IMG/VR virus record: IMGVR_UViG_3300044681_000369
Location: 1-64,000 of that record
From: a virus
Length of the DNA: 64,000 bases
Strand: one strand, 5' to 3'
The notes under the pieces were generated by a model that ran no database searches, had not been told where the DNA came from, and saw only the letters and a list, made by a program, of their open reading frames with translations. Shown here one piece after another: positions 37,539 to 47,194 of this stretch; position 1 is the stretch's first letter; the number at the start of each line of letters is the position of its first letter. A program made the translations under genes and the position numbers.

Positions 37539-38267
37539 TTACAGGTCCGTTCTCCGCCTTTTGTTTGCTACAAGTGCATCTAAAAATACATTAGGATTGT
37601 TATTGCACAAAGATGCCATGTGCGTCAAGTCTTTTGGTAAACATTTGCCACCAAAACCAAAATTACCATCTGGTCCAGGAACATTCCAATGTGTTCCTCC
37701 TACAACAGGATCAGCCTCTAAGAGACTGTGAAGCATGTCATAGTTCATATGATAATCATTACAAATTTGATAAAATTCGTTTGCTATAGCAACTCTCATT
37801 GCAAGTGCAGTATTTCTAGCCAACTTATACATCATCGCTGGCACATTGCTTACATAGTAGCAACGCTTATGTGGAAAATATTCTTGTAGAGTTTGGCATA
37901 AATTTCCATCACCTACAATGATGGGCAACAAAGGATCATCCACATCTTCTTTCCAATGTTTTTCCCTTAGAAATTCGGGCATCATAATTGCTCCCGGAAA
38001 TTCAGGAACTTGATCTGGTCCTATGGTGCTTCTAATGACTACTGTGCCTTTATCTTTCCAATACTCATAGCATTCAGAAAGAACGGAAATGTCTAGAGAA
38101 TTGCCAACCAATGGAGTTGGAACACATAGAAAAATATAATCATAGCTATCTTTATCGGCAAACATCATCTTTGCCGGATCATCAATATCGATATCTACAT
38201 CAGTATTTCTAAAAAGATACTCTGTGGCAATTCCAACAAAGCCATAACCAACAATTAAAATATTCAT
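37539..38267 (-). CDS. ugd: UDP-glucose 6-dehydrogenase (short form)
   Basis: GYGFVG, CVPTP, PEFLRE, GFGGKCLPKD. Confidence 0.88.
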   Translation of the reverse strand: MNILIVGYGFVGIATEYLFRNTDVDIDIDDPAKMMFADKDSYDYIFLCVPTPLVGNSLDISVLSECYEYWKDKGTVVIRSTIGPDQVPEFPGAIMMPEFLREKHWKEDVDDPLLPIIVGDGNLCQTLQEYFPHKRCYYVSNVPAMMYKLARNTALAMRVAIANEFYQICNDYHMNYDMLHSLLEADPVVGGTHWNVPGPDGNFGFGGKCLPKDLTHMASLCNNNPNVFLDALVANKRRRTDL

Positions 38268-40762
38268 GCAAACAAGTCCTCAAGTGATGCTTTCGGTTCA
38301 GTATGCCAGCCAAGACCCTTGATAATGCCATCTAGCGGATCGAGGAAAGACTTCTGAAACATAGTATTGTAATCAACGTACTTATGTATATCAAATTCTG
38401 GCGGCAATTTGCCTAGGAATGAGATACAATTTTCACGCATGGTATTAGGTTCAGTAAGGTAAAGATATTTGATCTTCTCGCCCTCTTGAATTGACTCATA
38501 CTTTTTGGTAAGTTTGTTTTGTTCAAGGTAAAAATTGTATAGCAGTGCGCCACGAACATGAAGCGGCGTACCCTTGCTGTAGATGTCTGCCCTAGAGGCA
38601 TACTTCGACATACCATTTACGCTCCGTGGGAAGGCAATATCTTCTGGCGGCAAGGCTTTGAAGTCTTTTCTAACCGTCTCAATGAAAGCCTGAAGTGTAC
38701 GCTCATCCTTGGTTAAAATCAGACGCACGGCTTCTCTAAGAGTTTCACGAACTGGTGCGGGAGTGGAAGATTTGACAATTTCCAAACCCATGACTTTCAG
38801 TTTTGGGGTTTGATACCTAACACCTTCATTATCCAGGACATTAAGGGCATACCGCTTCTTCGCAACCCAAATGCCACGTTCCGCGATTGCTTCACGCTTG
38901 AAGATAATCTTCTTCTGAAATGCATTCGTGTATTCCGCCAGCTGATCGCAGGATTTGTTGATTGCCTGCGATATCTTCTCCTCACAGACCTTATCCAAAA
39001 TGCCAACGAGTTTATCATTACTGACACCATGATAATACTTATTAACAAGAGGCTCCAGGGAAATATAGCAAGAGTCAGTATCACTGTAGAAAGAGTAGTC
39101 GTAGTCATCCGTTCCAACAACCTTGTTCAAGAAGACATTGATCGAATTGCCGACTTGTTGAATGACATACTGACCAGTCATGGTAATACCCTCTGCAATT
39201 CTGGCATCATAGTAACGAAAGTATTCATTACCCATGGCACCAAAGAGAGAGTTCAACTGGATCTTTCTAGCCATCTGGAAGTTATTGTACTTCGAAATGT
39301 CATTTTTTAGTTTGGGATCTTTGGTCTTTTCGTATTCCTGTTGTGCCTTGATCATCAACTTCTTGTACCGTTGGCGATCATCAAAAAACTTTTCGACAAT
39401 CTCAGGAAATAAACCTTGCTTTTCTCTGGTATAACAATAGCCATTTGCGGCCATACAAAGATTTTCTTGCTTGAGATTTTCAAAGTCTTGCTTACCGTCA
39501 AGCAATGCGGCAACAGTGGTATCATAGACATTCGTTGGCTTGAATGTCTCCGGTGACATGTTGTATTGCATAATGATGGAAGGATACAGTGAGGTGGCGT
39601 CAAACGAAACTACCCAGTCATACTTGCCAGGCTTAGGCTCTTTGACATATGCACCTTCGATACCACGACCTTGCTGGTCACGTTTTTGTGGTATCTGAAT
39701 ATTCTTCTCATGAAGGTGATTGTAGATCAAGCAATCCCAGGTGCGTACTTGCGAGAATACATCCTGATAGTTACACTTGGCGTCATACGCCATAGTCAAA
39801 ATCAGTTCAACCAGCTTCAGTTTATGTTCCAGTTCATCCACAAGTTCAACGTCATGGATGTTGTACTCAACAAATCTTTGCCAGTCTTTGGTATAAAACT
39901 CGCGGAAACTATCGTAAGAATGTTCTAGTTTCTTTTTACCGAGTTCCTCGGCTGCAATATGATCCAGCTTGTAGGACTCTTGGCGGGTGTATGTAAACTT
40001 CTTATATAGATCAAGGTAGTCAAGCACCGCAACGCCGGTGATGTCATATTTAATGAAGTCACGCCCCATGATGTTCTGCACATTTCTGCGAACAAGACCC
40101 CAAGGCGAGAATTTCTTTTTCCACGTGGTATCTTCTTCATCACACATTGTCCGTTCGACTCGGGCAAGGAGATATGGAATATCAAAGAGTTCACAGTTCC
40201 AGCCAGTTACAACGTCTGGTTGATCAGCCGACCACTCTTGAATGAATGCCTTGAGAAGAGATTCCTCGTTGGCATATTGCCGATAGTCCACATCATCACG
40301 ATGGTTATTGAAGGGTCGAGTACCCCAGGTAATTATCTGTCCAGAGTTCAGGTCTCGGATAGAGATCAGCAAAACTTCTTCAACGGGGTTTGCAATCTCT
40401 GGGAAACCAAACTCGGTTGAAGTCTCAATATCAATTGTCCAGATTTTAATCTTGGAAATATCCCAGTTAATCTCGCCGGGATAATTTGCCGTGATGTACT
40501 GATAGCCAAAGTTAGTCTGGCCATAGATAGGAAAGTTCTCAACGTCTTTGTATTGCTGAGTAAATTCCTTGGCTTCTTTGCCATCGGTAAAGTTTAGCGG
40601 CTGAAGATATTCGCCATAAAGCGACTTATATTTGGTCGGTTCTTTGGCCTTAACGAACAAAACGGGAGAGAAGTCTGCCCGCTTTGTGACTCGTTTGCCG
40701 TTCTCTATGCCACGGGTGAGAACCTTGGCACCATATTGATACGCACAGGTATAGAAGTTCAT
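38264..40762 (-). CDS. gp43: Family B DNA polymerase
   Basis: DIET exo I, FDATSLYPS, KIQLNSLFG, SDTDS, KKRY. Confidence 0.98.
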   Translation of the reverse strand: MNFYTCAYQYGAKVLTRGIENGKRVTKRADFSPVLFVKAKEPTKYKSLYGEYLQPLNFTDGKEAKEFTQQYKDVENFPIYGQTNFGYQYITANYPGEINWDISKIKIWTIDIETSTEFGFPEIANPVEEVLLISIRDLNSGQIITWGTRPFNNHRDDVDYRQYANEESLLKAFIQEWSADQPDVVTGWNCELFDIPYLLARVERTMCDEEDTTWKKKFSPWGLVRRNVQNIMGRDFIKYDITGVAVLDYLDLYKKFTYTRQESYKLDHIAAEELGKKKLEHSYDSFREFYTKDWQRFVEYNIHDVELVDELEHKLKLVELILTMAYDAKCNYQDVFSQVRTWDCLIYNHLHEKNIQIPQKRDQQGRGIEGAYVKEPKPGKYDWVVSFDATSLYPSIIMQYNMSPETFKPTNVYDTTVAALLDGKQDFENLKQENLCMAANGYCYTREKQGLFPEIVEKFFDDRQRYKKLMIKAQQEYEKTKDPKLKNDISKYNNFQMARKIQLNSLFGAMGNEYFRYYDARIAEGITMTGQYVIQQVGNSINVFLNKVVGTDDYDYSFYSDTDSCYISLEPLVNKYYHGVSNDKLVGILDKVCEEKISQAINKSCDQLAEYTNAFQKKIIFKREAIAERGIWVAKKRYALNVLDNEGVRYQTPKLKVMGLEIVKSSTPAPVRETLREAVRLILTKDERTLQAFIETVRKDFKALPPEDIAFPRSVNGMSKYASRADIYSKGTPLHVRGALLYNFYLEQNKLTKKYESIQEGEKIKYLYLTEPNTMRENCISFLGKLPPEFDIHKYVDYNTMFQKSFLDPLDGIIKGLGWHTEPKASLEDLFA

Positions 40763-40786
40763 AATATATCCTTACTTTATTCAATC

Positions 40787-40815
40787 ATTATATAACATCC
40801 ACATACGAAAGTAAA
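40787..40815 (-). promoter_or_regulatory. Sigma70-type promoter of gp43
   Basis: TTTACT-N17-TATAAT. Confidence 0.7.
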
Positions 40816-40820
40816 GAGGT

Positions 40821-41264
40821 TTATTTGCACCAGGGAGACTTTGTTCCTCCGTCATATGGTACAGCCAGGCCTTCACGGATCTGCATATCAGCAAAGGATA
40901 CCCCATTGATGTAGACATGAGCATCTATACGGCCACCGTACTTGTCCCAGCTTACCAGAACGACCTGGACGATCTGGCCAGGCTTGATAGTAGCCTTTGC
41001 GTATTCAGTTGCCTTGTCTCCTAGCTTCGCCTCCGCTGTGCATTTAGCTCTGCCACCCTTCTCTGGAGTGTCAATCCCAACGATGCGTAGGGCAATATCG
41101 TCACCTAGCTCCTTTGGTAGCCAGGGCGCCTTGACCCGAATGGTGTCACCGTCGGTTACCTTTGTGACCTCGTAGTCATACTTTGTCTGGGCCTGGGCAG
41201 GGACGGTGGCTACAATTCCAACCAAAAGGAATGTAACAATCCCTAACAAGTTTTTCATACGCAT
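40821..41264 (-). CDS. Thermonuclease (SNase) with signal peptide
   Basis: DGDT, RIVGIDTPE, DKYGGR; hydrophobic N-terminus with AQA. Confidence 0.9.
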   Translation of the reverse strand: MRMKNLLGIVTFLLVGIVATVPAQAQTKYDYEVTKVTDGDTIRVKAPWLPKELGDDIALRIVGIDTPEKGGRAKCTAEAKLGDKATEYAKATIKPGQIVQVVLVSWDKYGGRIDAHVYINGVSFADMQIREGLAVPYDGGTKSPWCK

Positions 41265-41268
41265 ACCC

Positions 41269-41574
41269 TTAGTTTGTGAAAATTTGTTTCTTTGGGAGTA
41301 CAATACCTTTACCAAACTTGGTGTTGTACTCGTTTTTCATTCCTGTTTCGGGTTCGTAAACTGCAATAACAGCCCCAGCCATGACAGGCACAATTCTATC
41401 TTTAGCATGAGGACAGAAAGGTGCTAGTCCGATGCCAAACTCTTTTCCGGTACCATTTGGTACCATCATTACCAGTAGTGGGTCTTTGAGGACAATTAGC
41501 CCCTGGACGCTCTCATCAATTTCAGCAATGATATCTTCACCACTGATTAACTTAATACATTTGACATCGGACAT
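41269..41574 (-). CDS. Conserved small Sm-like hypothetical protein
   Basis: KLISGEDIIA...YNTKFG.GIV. Confidence 0.75.
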   Translation of the reverse strand: MSDVKCIKLISGEDIIAEIDESVQGLIVLKDPLLVMMVPNGTGKEFGIGLAPFCPHAKDRIVPVMAGAVIAVYEPETGMKNEYNTKFGKGIVLPKKQIFTN

Positions 41575-41591
41575 AGCGACTCCATTAAATA

Positions 41592-42065
41592 TTATTCAGA
41601 CAAGAATTCTTTGGTAGATTTCTTACCAATAGTAATTGTCTTGGGTTTCTTTTCTTCTGGAACAATTCTCTTCAGATTGATATGAAGAATACCATCTGTG
41701 AATTCTGCTCCCAGAACTTCAACATCATGGGCTAGTGCAAATGAATGCGTAAAGTTTCTAGCACCGATGCCACGGTGAATGTATTCACGATCTGATTCAC
41801 CACGATCTTGGATACCCTGCACCACCAGTTTGTTTCCTTCTGGAACAAGATTGATGTTGAATTCTTCTTCACGGAAACCAGCACATGCGATCTCAATGAG
41901 ATATTCTTCTTCACCAGTCTTTACGATGTTGTAGGGCGGATAGCTTGGGCTTTTGAGTTCTGACACATTATAAAAATTGTCAAAGACACGATCAAACCCA
42001 ACTGCGAATGGTTTTACCTGATCGAAAATTCCGGACAATTGTCCTGTTGTATACTTACGTACCAT
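41592..42065 (-). CDS. hsp20: Small heat-shock protein
   Basis: YPPYNI, AGF, HRGI..RNF, DGILHI. Confidence 0.96.
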   Translation of the reverse strand: MVRKYTTGQLSGIFDQVKPFAVGFDRVFDNFYNVSELKSPSYPPYNIVKTGEEEYLIEIACAGFREEEFNINLVPEGNKLVVQGIQDRGESDREYIHRGIGARNFTHSFALAHDVEVLGAEFTDGILHINLKRIVPEEKKPKTITIGKKSTKEFLSE

Positions 42066-42071
42066 AATAGT

Positions 42072-42088
42072 CTCCTTAATAAAGCGAG
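42072..42088 (-). promoter_or_regulatory. ROSE-like RNA thermometer hairpin over the hsp20 SD
   Basis: CTCGCT-TTATTA-AGGAG with bulged G. Confidence 0.65.
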
Positions 42089-42095
42089 TGTTAAT

Positions 42096-42124
42096 AAAAA
42101 AGGTGCCACCCGAAGCATGGCACC
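42096..42124 (-). terminator. Intrinsic terminator-like hairpin
   Basis: GGTGCCAT...GTGGCACC followed by T6. Confidence 0.65.
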
Positions 42125-42127
42125 CTT

Positions 42128-42158
42128 TATTTATACTAGATTTTTAGGAAAAAGTCAA
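42128..42158 (-). promoter_or_regulatory. Composite sigma70/late promoter of hsp20
   Basis: TTGACT-N17-TATAAATA. Confidence 0.75.
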
Positions 42159-42160
42159 TA

Positions 42161-42904
42161 TTATTTTCTAATAATTTCCCATGTTCCATCATAATTTTCT
42201 ACCAATGCAGTGCAACTTTCGCACCAGTCACCATCATTCATGTAAACAATATCATCATAATGAGTTATTTCTGCATGATGAATATGCCCACAGATAACGC
42301 CATCATAACCCTTGCGCTTACAGTAGTATGCCATCTCTTGTTCGAATGCACCAATATAATTGGCAGCAAGTTTTGCCTTTCGTTTCAAGTATTTTGACAA
42401 ACTCCATGGTTGCATTCCAACGGTTTTTCTAAAATCATTAACAAGTTTGTTAAGATAGATTAATGTGTCATATGCAAAGTCGCCCATATGCATAATGAAT
42501 CTACCTGTTTTGGTTCGCATCAAATTGTCAAACAGGTCGCCATGTATGACTAAGTATCGTTTACCGTCTATGCCAGTGTGAACATACCTATGTTCTACTT
42601 GGATTTTACCAATTGTTATATCCGGAAACGATCTAAAAATTTCATCATGATTGCCAGTAACATATACCACTTCTGTTTTTTCAGAAAGTTTTAGTATTTT
42701 TCTGACAATTTGATTGTGTTTCTTTGGCCAATACCATTTCTTTTTTAGGCGCCAACCATCAATAATATCCCCGACGAGATATAGTTTTTGTGTCTGTATA
42801 TTTGAGAGAAAATCTAAGAGAGCATCAGAATTACAATGCTTAGAACCAAGATGCAAATCTGATATGAAAACAGATTTATATTTGTTACCAGTATTTTTTG
42901 GCAT
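42161..42904 (-). CDS. LpxH-like metallophosphoesterase
   Basis: SDLHLG, GDIIDGW, GNHD, HGD, GHIH, NDGDWCE. Confidence 0.88.
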   Translation of the reverse strand: MPKNTGNKYKSVFISDLHLGSKHCNSDALLDFLSNIQTQKLYLVGDIIDGWRLKKKWYWPKKHNQIVRKILKLSEKTEVVYVTGNHDEIFRSFPDITIGKIQVEHRYVHTGIDGKRYLVIHGDLFDNLMRTKTGRFIMHMGDFAYDTLIYLNKLVNDFRKTVGMQPWSLSKYLKRKAKLAANYIGAFEQEMAYYCKRKGYDGVICGHIHHAEITHYDDIVYMNDGDWCESCTALVENYDGTWEIIRK

Positions 42905-43589
42905 CTATTTTCTTCCAGTGTTCTTCGTTGTCTCTATTCAGGAAGTTCTTAATCAAATACCAAGTCATACCGAGATAACCCATCTTCTTAAATCTACGAC
43001 TGTCTTGGCCAAAGTAGTGATCAGCGATCATAAACTTACTAGGCTTATACTTCTTAGACAGAAAGAAGTCTTCGGATGTGGCATACTTCTCAGGAAACCC
43101 GCCAAGCGAATTAAACCTATCTGTTCTAGTAAGCATATATGCACCGACCGCAAAAGGACACCAACGAGATAGGATCTTATTAATAAAGTTAAAGATCATG
43201 AATGCTATAGAGGTTCTCAATGAACCATCATAACATTTAATTTTTAAGCCAATGAGATCCAGATTTTTGTTTTCAAGTAAATTTACTGTATCTTTGATAA
43301 CAGTCGAACTGAAGAATCTAACATCAGCATCTATAAAAAGAATATATGGAGTTGTTACTAACTTAGCACCATTATTTTTAGCAGTTGAAACTGGACCACC
43401 ATCAATAACAGTAATATTTAATCCCTGAGAGTTATTCTTGATTACTTCTCTGGTCGAATCAGTTGAGGCATCAGCAATGTATATTGTAACACCGCCGATG
43501 CCTTCTTGAGTTTTTAAATTATTTAATAAATGTGCAATATACTTTTCTTCGTTCTTACATGGAACGACAATGGAAAGTTTTTCAAACAT
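42885..43589 (-). CDS. GT2 glycosyltransferase
   Basis: IVVPCKNEE, STD, FIDAD, SED. Confidence 0.9.
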   Translation of the reverse strand: MFEKLSIVVPCKNEEKYIAHLLNNLKTQEGIGGVTIYIADASTDSTREVIKNNSQGLNITVIDGGPVSTAKNNGAKLVTTPYILFIDADVRFFSSTVIKDTVNLLENKNLDLIGLKIKCYDGSLRTSIAFMIFNFINKILSRWCPFAVGAYMLTRTDRFNSLGGFPEKYATSEDFFLSKKYKPSKFMIADHYFGQDSRRFKKMGYLGMTWYLIKNFLNRDNEEHWKKIDAKKYW

Positions 43590-43598
43590 ATAAATTAA

Positions 43599-44015
43599 TT
43601 ACTTTTTGCGACCAATGTTATATTTCTGAACCAGCTCCCATTGATCTTTTTCTTTATAGGCAATGATCTTAATTTGATTCATAGGTGCCTTATCTTGATG
43701 GAGTTCTGGCTTTAGTATCTTGACTAGTCCCCAATCCGCAAGTAATCCGGCTACCGCATTCCTGCGCTGTAAGTCATTCTCACTAAAGTCAGCCGCTTTG
43801 CCATCTAGTGCAAAGAGTTCCTTAAAGTGAGTAATGAAGTATCTGCCTTGTTTATGCAGGATGTGACAAGATTGATATAAAATCTTATCTTTTCTGGAGG
43901 CAACACCGATTCGAGATAGTGTCTCACGAACTTTTAAAAAATCGTCAGGATTAGTTAATGTGACTTCCAGTGGTGCATATCCAGGGTATCCAATGTCAAA
44001 AAAATCTTCACTCAT
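43599..44015 (-). CDS. regA: Translational repressor
   Basis: DDFLKVRETLSRIG, LYQSCHILHKQG, HFKELF. Confidence 0.97.
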   Translation of the reverse strand: MSEDFFDIGYPGYAPLEVTLTNPDDFLKVRETLSRIGVASRKDKILYQSCHILHKQGRYFITHFKELFALDGKAADFSENDLQRRNAVAGLLADWGLVKILKPELHQDKAPMNQIKIIAYKEKDQWELVQKYNIGRKK

Positions 44016-44467
44016 TTTTTACCACCTTTATACAATTTCTCTTTTATATAATGTTTTTGTTGTTCTGTGAGAATTGTTAGAGCTTGGCGTGCCTTTTCAT
44101 TGCTATAGCCATAATACTCCTTAACCATCTCAAGTTCGGCATCGTCTACGATTTTGATCCATTTATCAAATCGCTTTCTAGACCTAATTGTATTTATAAG
44201 GAACGCATTTTGCATGGCGTTTGGCAAGTGTGAGCGACAATTCATGGCATTGGCTTGATGAATTGTTTCTTGGTTGAAACTTAAACCTCTATTGATGATC
44301 CAGGGATTATATTGCTTTTCCGACCACTCATCGACAATAAGGTTCTTCTTACCAGAATTGATATCATTGATGAAGTCAAACGGGGAGATTCCCTTCTTCT
44401 TTTCCTTGAAGTCTTCTTCCGAGTACTGGACTTTTGGTGCACCCAAGCCTTCTAGAATGCCGTCCAT
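44012..44467 (-). CDS. gp62: Clamp loader small subunit
   Basis: YNPWIINR, ANAMN, YYGYSNEKA. Confidence 0.92.
   Translation of the reverse strand: MDGILEGLGAPKVQYSEEDFKEKKKGISPFDFINDINSGKKNLIVDEWSEKQYNPWIINRGLSFNQETIHQANAMNCRSHLPNAMQNAFLINTIRSRKRFDKWIKIVDDAELEMVKEYYGYSNEKARQALTILTEQQKHYIKEKLYKGGKK
44191..44198 (-). promoter_or_regulatory. Possible late promoter inside gp62 serving regA
   Basis: TATAAATA. Confidence 0.5.
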
Positions 44468-45399
44468 TATTTCCACTCCGATGAAGCCATAATCTCTGCG
44501 AGACAGGCTACAAGGTTGATCTCCTGGTTTGCGGCAAAGGCAGACTTATACTGATAGTCAGCAAGTAGTACAATCAGTGCGGCAGGGAACTTAACTTCAT
44601 CGACAACAACATCATAAATCTTACGGAAGATCATGCCAGCGTCATTGTCCATATTGTCTACAACCCATTGACGGACTTTCTTGAAGTCTTTGGCTTTAAG
44701 GGCTGTGGTCAGTTCTTTCATGTTGACCTCTTGGACATTTACCAAGATGCCCTGGTCAATAGTGCCGCTTACGCTGTATCGCTGTAGTTCATTGAGAACC
44801 CGGCGATAATCTGGGAAGTGCTTCTTGAGGACTTCGGCTACAACCTTTTCATCGTACTTAACATTTTCGGCAGTAAGAATATCGGCAAGCCGCTTCATAA
44901 AGCGACCAGCCATCTTTGGGCGATCGGCTTTAGAAATCTTAAATTCGATTACTGAGGTCCGACTGTGAAGCGGAGTGATGATTCGGTTCTTGAAGTTACA
45001 AGTAAAAATGAATCGGCAGTTGTTGGAAAACTCCTCGATAAAAGCCCTGAGTGCGGGCTGTGTCGAGTTGGGATTGAGATAATCCGCTTCGTCTAGAATG
45101 ACAACCTTGGTCTTTCCGGAAAAGGAAACACTTGAGGCAAAGTCACGAATTTTGGTTCGCAACACATCAATACCAGACTCTTCGGATCCGTTGATGATGA
45201 TATAGTCACAACCGAGTTCCTCACAAATGGCTCTAGCGATGGTAGTCTTACCAACACCTGCCGATCCACAAAGTAGCATGTTTGGAATTTCACCAGATGC
45301 TACAAACTGGTTAAAGGTTTCTAGTTGATCCTCGGGAAGGATACAGTCAGAAAGTTTGTGTGGGCGATACTTTTCTACCCACAGGAATTGTTCACGCAT
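44467..45399 (-). CDS. gp44: Clamp loader large subunit
   Basis: LWVEKYRP, GVGKTT, DEAD, LHSR. Confidence 0.97.
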   Translation of the reverse strand: MREQFLWVEKYRPHKLSDCILPEDQLETFNQFVASGEIPNMLLCGSAGVGKTTIARAICEELGCDYIIINGSEESGIDVLRTKIRDFASSVSFSGKTKVVILDEADYLNPNSTQPALRAFIEEFSNNCRFIFTCNFKNRIITPLHSRTSVIEFKISKADRPKMAGRFMKRLADILTAENVKYDEKVVAEVLKKHFPDYRRVLNELQRYSVSGTIDQGILVNVQEVNMKELTTALKAKDFKKVRQWVVDNMDNDAGMIFRKIYDVVVDEVKFPAALIVLLADYQYKSAFAANQEINLVACLAEIMASSEWK

Positions 45400-45484
45400 G
45401 AAATATCTCCATAATAAAGTAAAGTGCCCGTCACGATGTTAGTGCATCCACGGACTCTGGCTTAGAGGACCAGCATTCAATATA

Positions 45485-46027
45485 TCAGTTGTTACGCAAC
45501 CAGTCAAGAATATTTTCCGGTGAAGTTTCTCCATACGGATCAAGTTCACAGTTATCTTCAATACCCGGCTCAATGAACCACTTCTCAATAAGACCGTTGT
45601 TCACAACACAGGCATATCGCCAAGAACGCATACCAAAACCAAGATTGTCCTTAGCTACAAGCATGTTCATCTGATCGGTAAATTCACCAGACCCGTCTGG
45701 AATAACCTTTACCTTCTTGATCTTCTGAGACTTAGCCCAAGCATTCATAACAAAGGCATCATTTACTGAAGTGCAATAGATGTCTTTAATACCAAGAGCC
45801 TTAAATTCTGGGAACAGCTTTTCGAACCCAGGAAGCTGGTATGTCGAACAAGTTGGCGTGAATGCGCCAGGAAGAGAGAAGAGAACTACCCGCTTGCCAG
45901 CAAAGTAGTCATACGTTGACTTATTTTCCCAGCGGAAAGGATTAGGTCCTTCAATGGAAGTATCACGAACCCGAGTCTTGAATACCACAGCGGGGACAAT
46001 TGATGGAAGTTCCGTCTTGTATGTCAT
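45485..46027 (-). CDS. Peroxiredoxin (Prx5-like)
   Basis: PGAFTPTCS, SVNDAFVM, RSWRY. Confidence 0.93.
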   Translation of the reverse strand: MTYKTELPSIVPAVVFKTRVRDTSIEGPNPFRWENKSTYDYFAGKRVVLFSLPGAFTPTCSTYQLPGFEKLFPEFKALGIKDIYCTSVNDAFVMNAWAKSQKIKKVKVIPDGSGEFTDQMNMLVAKDNLGFGMRSWRYACVVNNGLIEKWFIEPGIEDNCELDPYGETSPENILDWLRNN

Positions 46028-46037
46028 ATGTCTTTCC

Positions 46038-46697
46038 TTAGATTGACGATGAGGGATCCATTGCCAGATAATAGGTCAGTGATCGACCCTTACTGACAAA
46101 AGACATGGCACGTTTACTACCAAGAGTAACAGTGTAGTTATCAGGAATAACCTTTAGGTTTTCCGTCTTCAGTCGGCAATCAAAGACTGGCGCGGCAGTA
46201 TTTGAGATAGTCTTGGTAAATGAGTTAGACGATAGATTGGTAGGATCACCAACACGCAACTCTACAGTATTGCCGTCAGATACAATACTGATCATCGGCG
46301 CACCAGTAATAGATGCGGCACGGAAAATCATATTGACAGTATCGGTAGTCATTTCGAATGACCAAACTGGGTCAATCTCAAGATCCTTATCCGGAGCGGC
46401 AGTTACAGTACCAGGGTCTGAATAGAAGTATTCAAACTTTGATCCATCTTTGGTAACTCGGATCGACTTTTCGCCGAACGTTACATCTTGGTCTTCCATC
46501 AGGGTCAGTAGACCCAAGAAGGAATTGAGATCATAGATCGCAAACTCTTTTGGGAAAGATTCCGAAACTGTGGCTCGGGCAAAGATGTTCTTACCAGGGC
46601 TTACCGTAGCAAGAGTCGAACCTTCACGGAACAAAATGTTTGTGTTAATGCCAGCATAATTTTTTAGCAGGCTCAAAGTTTCATTTGAAATTTTCAT
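46038..46697 (-). CDS. gp45: Sliding clamp
   Basis: LKNYAGIN, FAIYDLNSFL, NLKVIPDNY. Confidence 0.95.
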   Translation of the reverse strand: MKISNETLSLLKNYAGINTNILFREGSTLATVSPGKNIFARATVSESFPKEFAIYDLNSFLGLLTLMEDQDVTFGEKSIRVTKDGSKFEYFYSDPGTVTAAPDKDLEIDPVWSFEMTTDTVNMIFRAASITGAPMISIVSDGNTVELRVGDPTNLSSNSFTKTISNTAAPVFDCRLKTENLKVIPDNYTVTLGSKRAMSFVSKGRSLTYYLAMDPSSSI

Positions 46698-47182
46698 TAC
46701 GAATTTTTCTCCTTGGTTGTATCTGAAATTGAAAGATTCATATTATCATACAAACCGGAATCTGTCAAGTCAAATGTGGAAAAATAATTATTACCAGACA
46801 GGGTAATGGATTCAGACACGGGAATATCTACAGTCTGGCTTGCTGCCGGGAAGGTCAGAGTAGTACCAGCCATAAGGTCATCATATTCATCCAGAATATC
46901 TCGGATCACAGGATGTTCTTTATCGTGAACATACAGGGCAATCAAGGCATAGTGTAGAACCTTCATTAGATCCTTGCGGTTATAACCATCTTTATTGCCG
47001 TATCGTTGGGCATACTTCATGATGTTGCCAATACAGAAGCCCTCACCATGACCACCATCAATAATAAATTCGGTGGCTTGAAACTTATTCCTAGAATAAT
47101 GTGCGGAATAAGTAGAGTCTACATACTCCCGCAGTTCCGAAATCAAAGCATCTTCATTAAACTTATAATCGATCAACTTCAT
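46697..47182 (-). CDS. DUF3310 (T7 gp1.7-like nucleotide kinase) with C-terminal extension
   Basis: HY, GNIMKYAQRYG.K...DLMKVLHY. Confidence 0.8.
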   Translation of the reverse strand: MKLIDYKFNEDALISELREYVDSTYSAHYSRNKFQATEFIIDGGHGEGFCIGNIMKYAQRYGNKDGYNRKDLMKVLHYALIALYVHDKEHPVIRDILDEYDDLMAGTTLTFPAASQTVDIPVSESITLSGNNYFSTFDLTDSGLYDNMNLSISDTTKEKNS

Positions 47183-47194
47183 TTTAGTATCTCC

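Noticed and set aside
16667-40762. Introns or inteins in nrdB, nrdA, thyX, gp41, uvsX, gp43
   Set aside because: All ORFs are continuous and of normal length
45421-45480. HDV-like/theta ribozyme
   Set aside because: TCCTC loop and CTAA are suggestive, but there is no upstream P1 strand and P2 is only 3 bp
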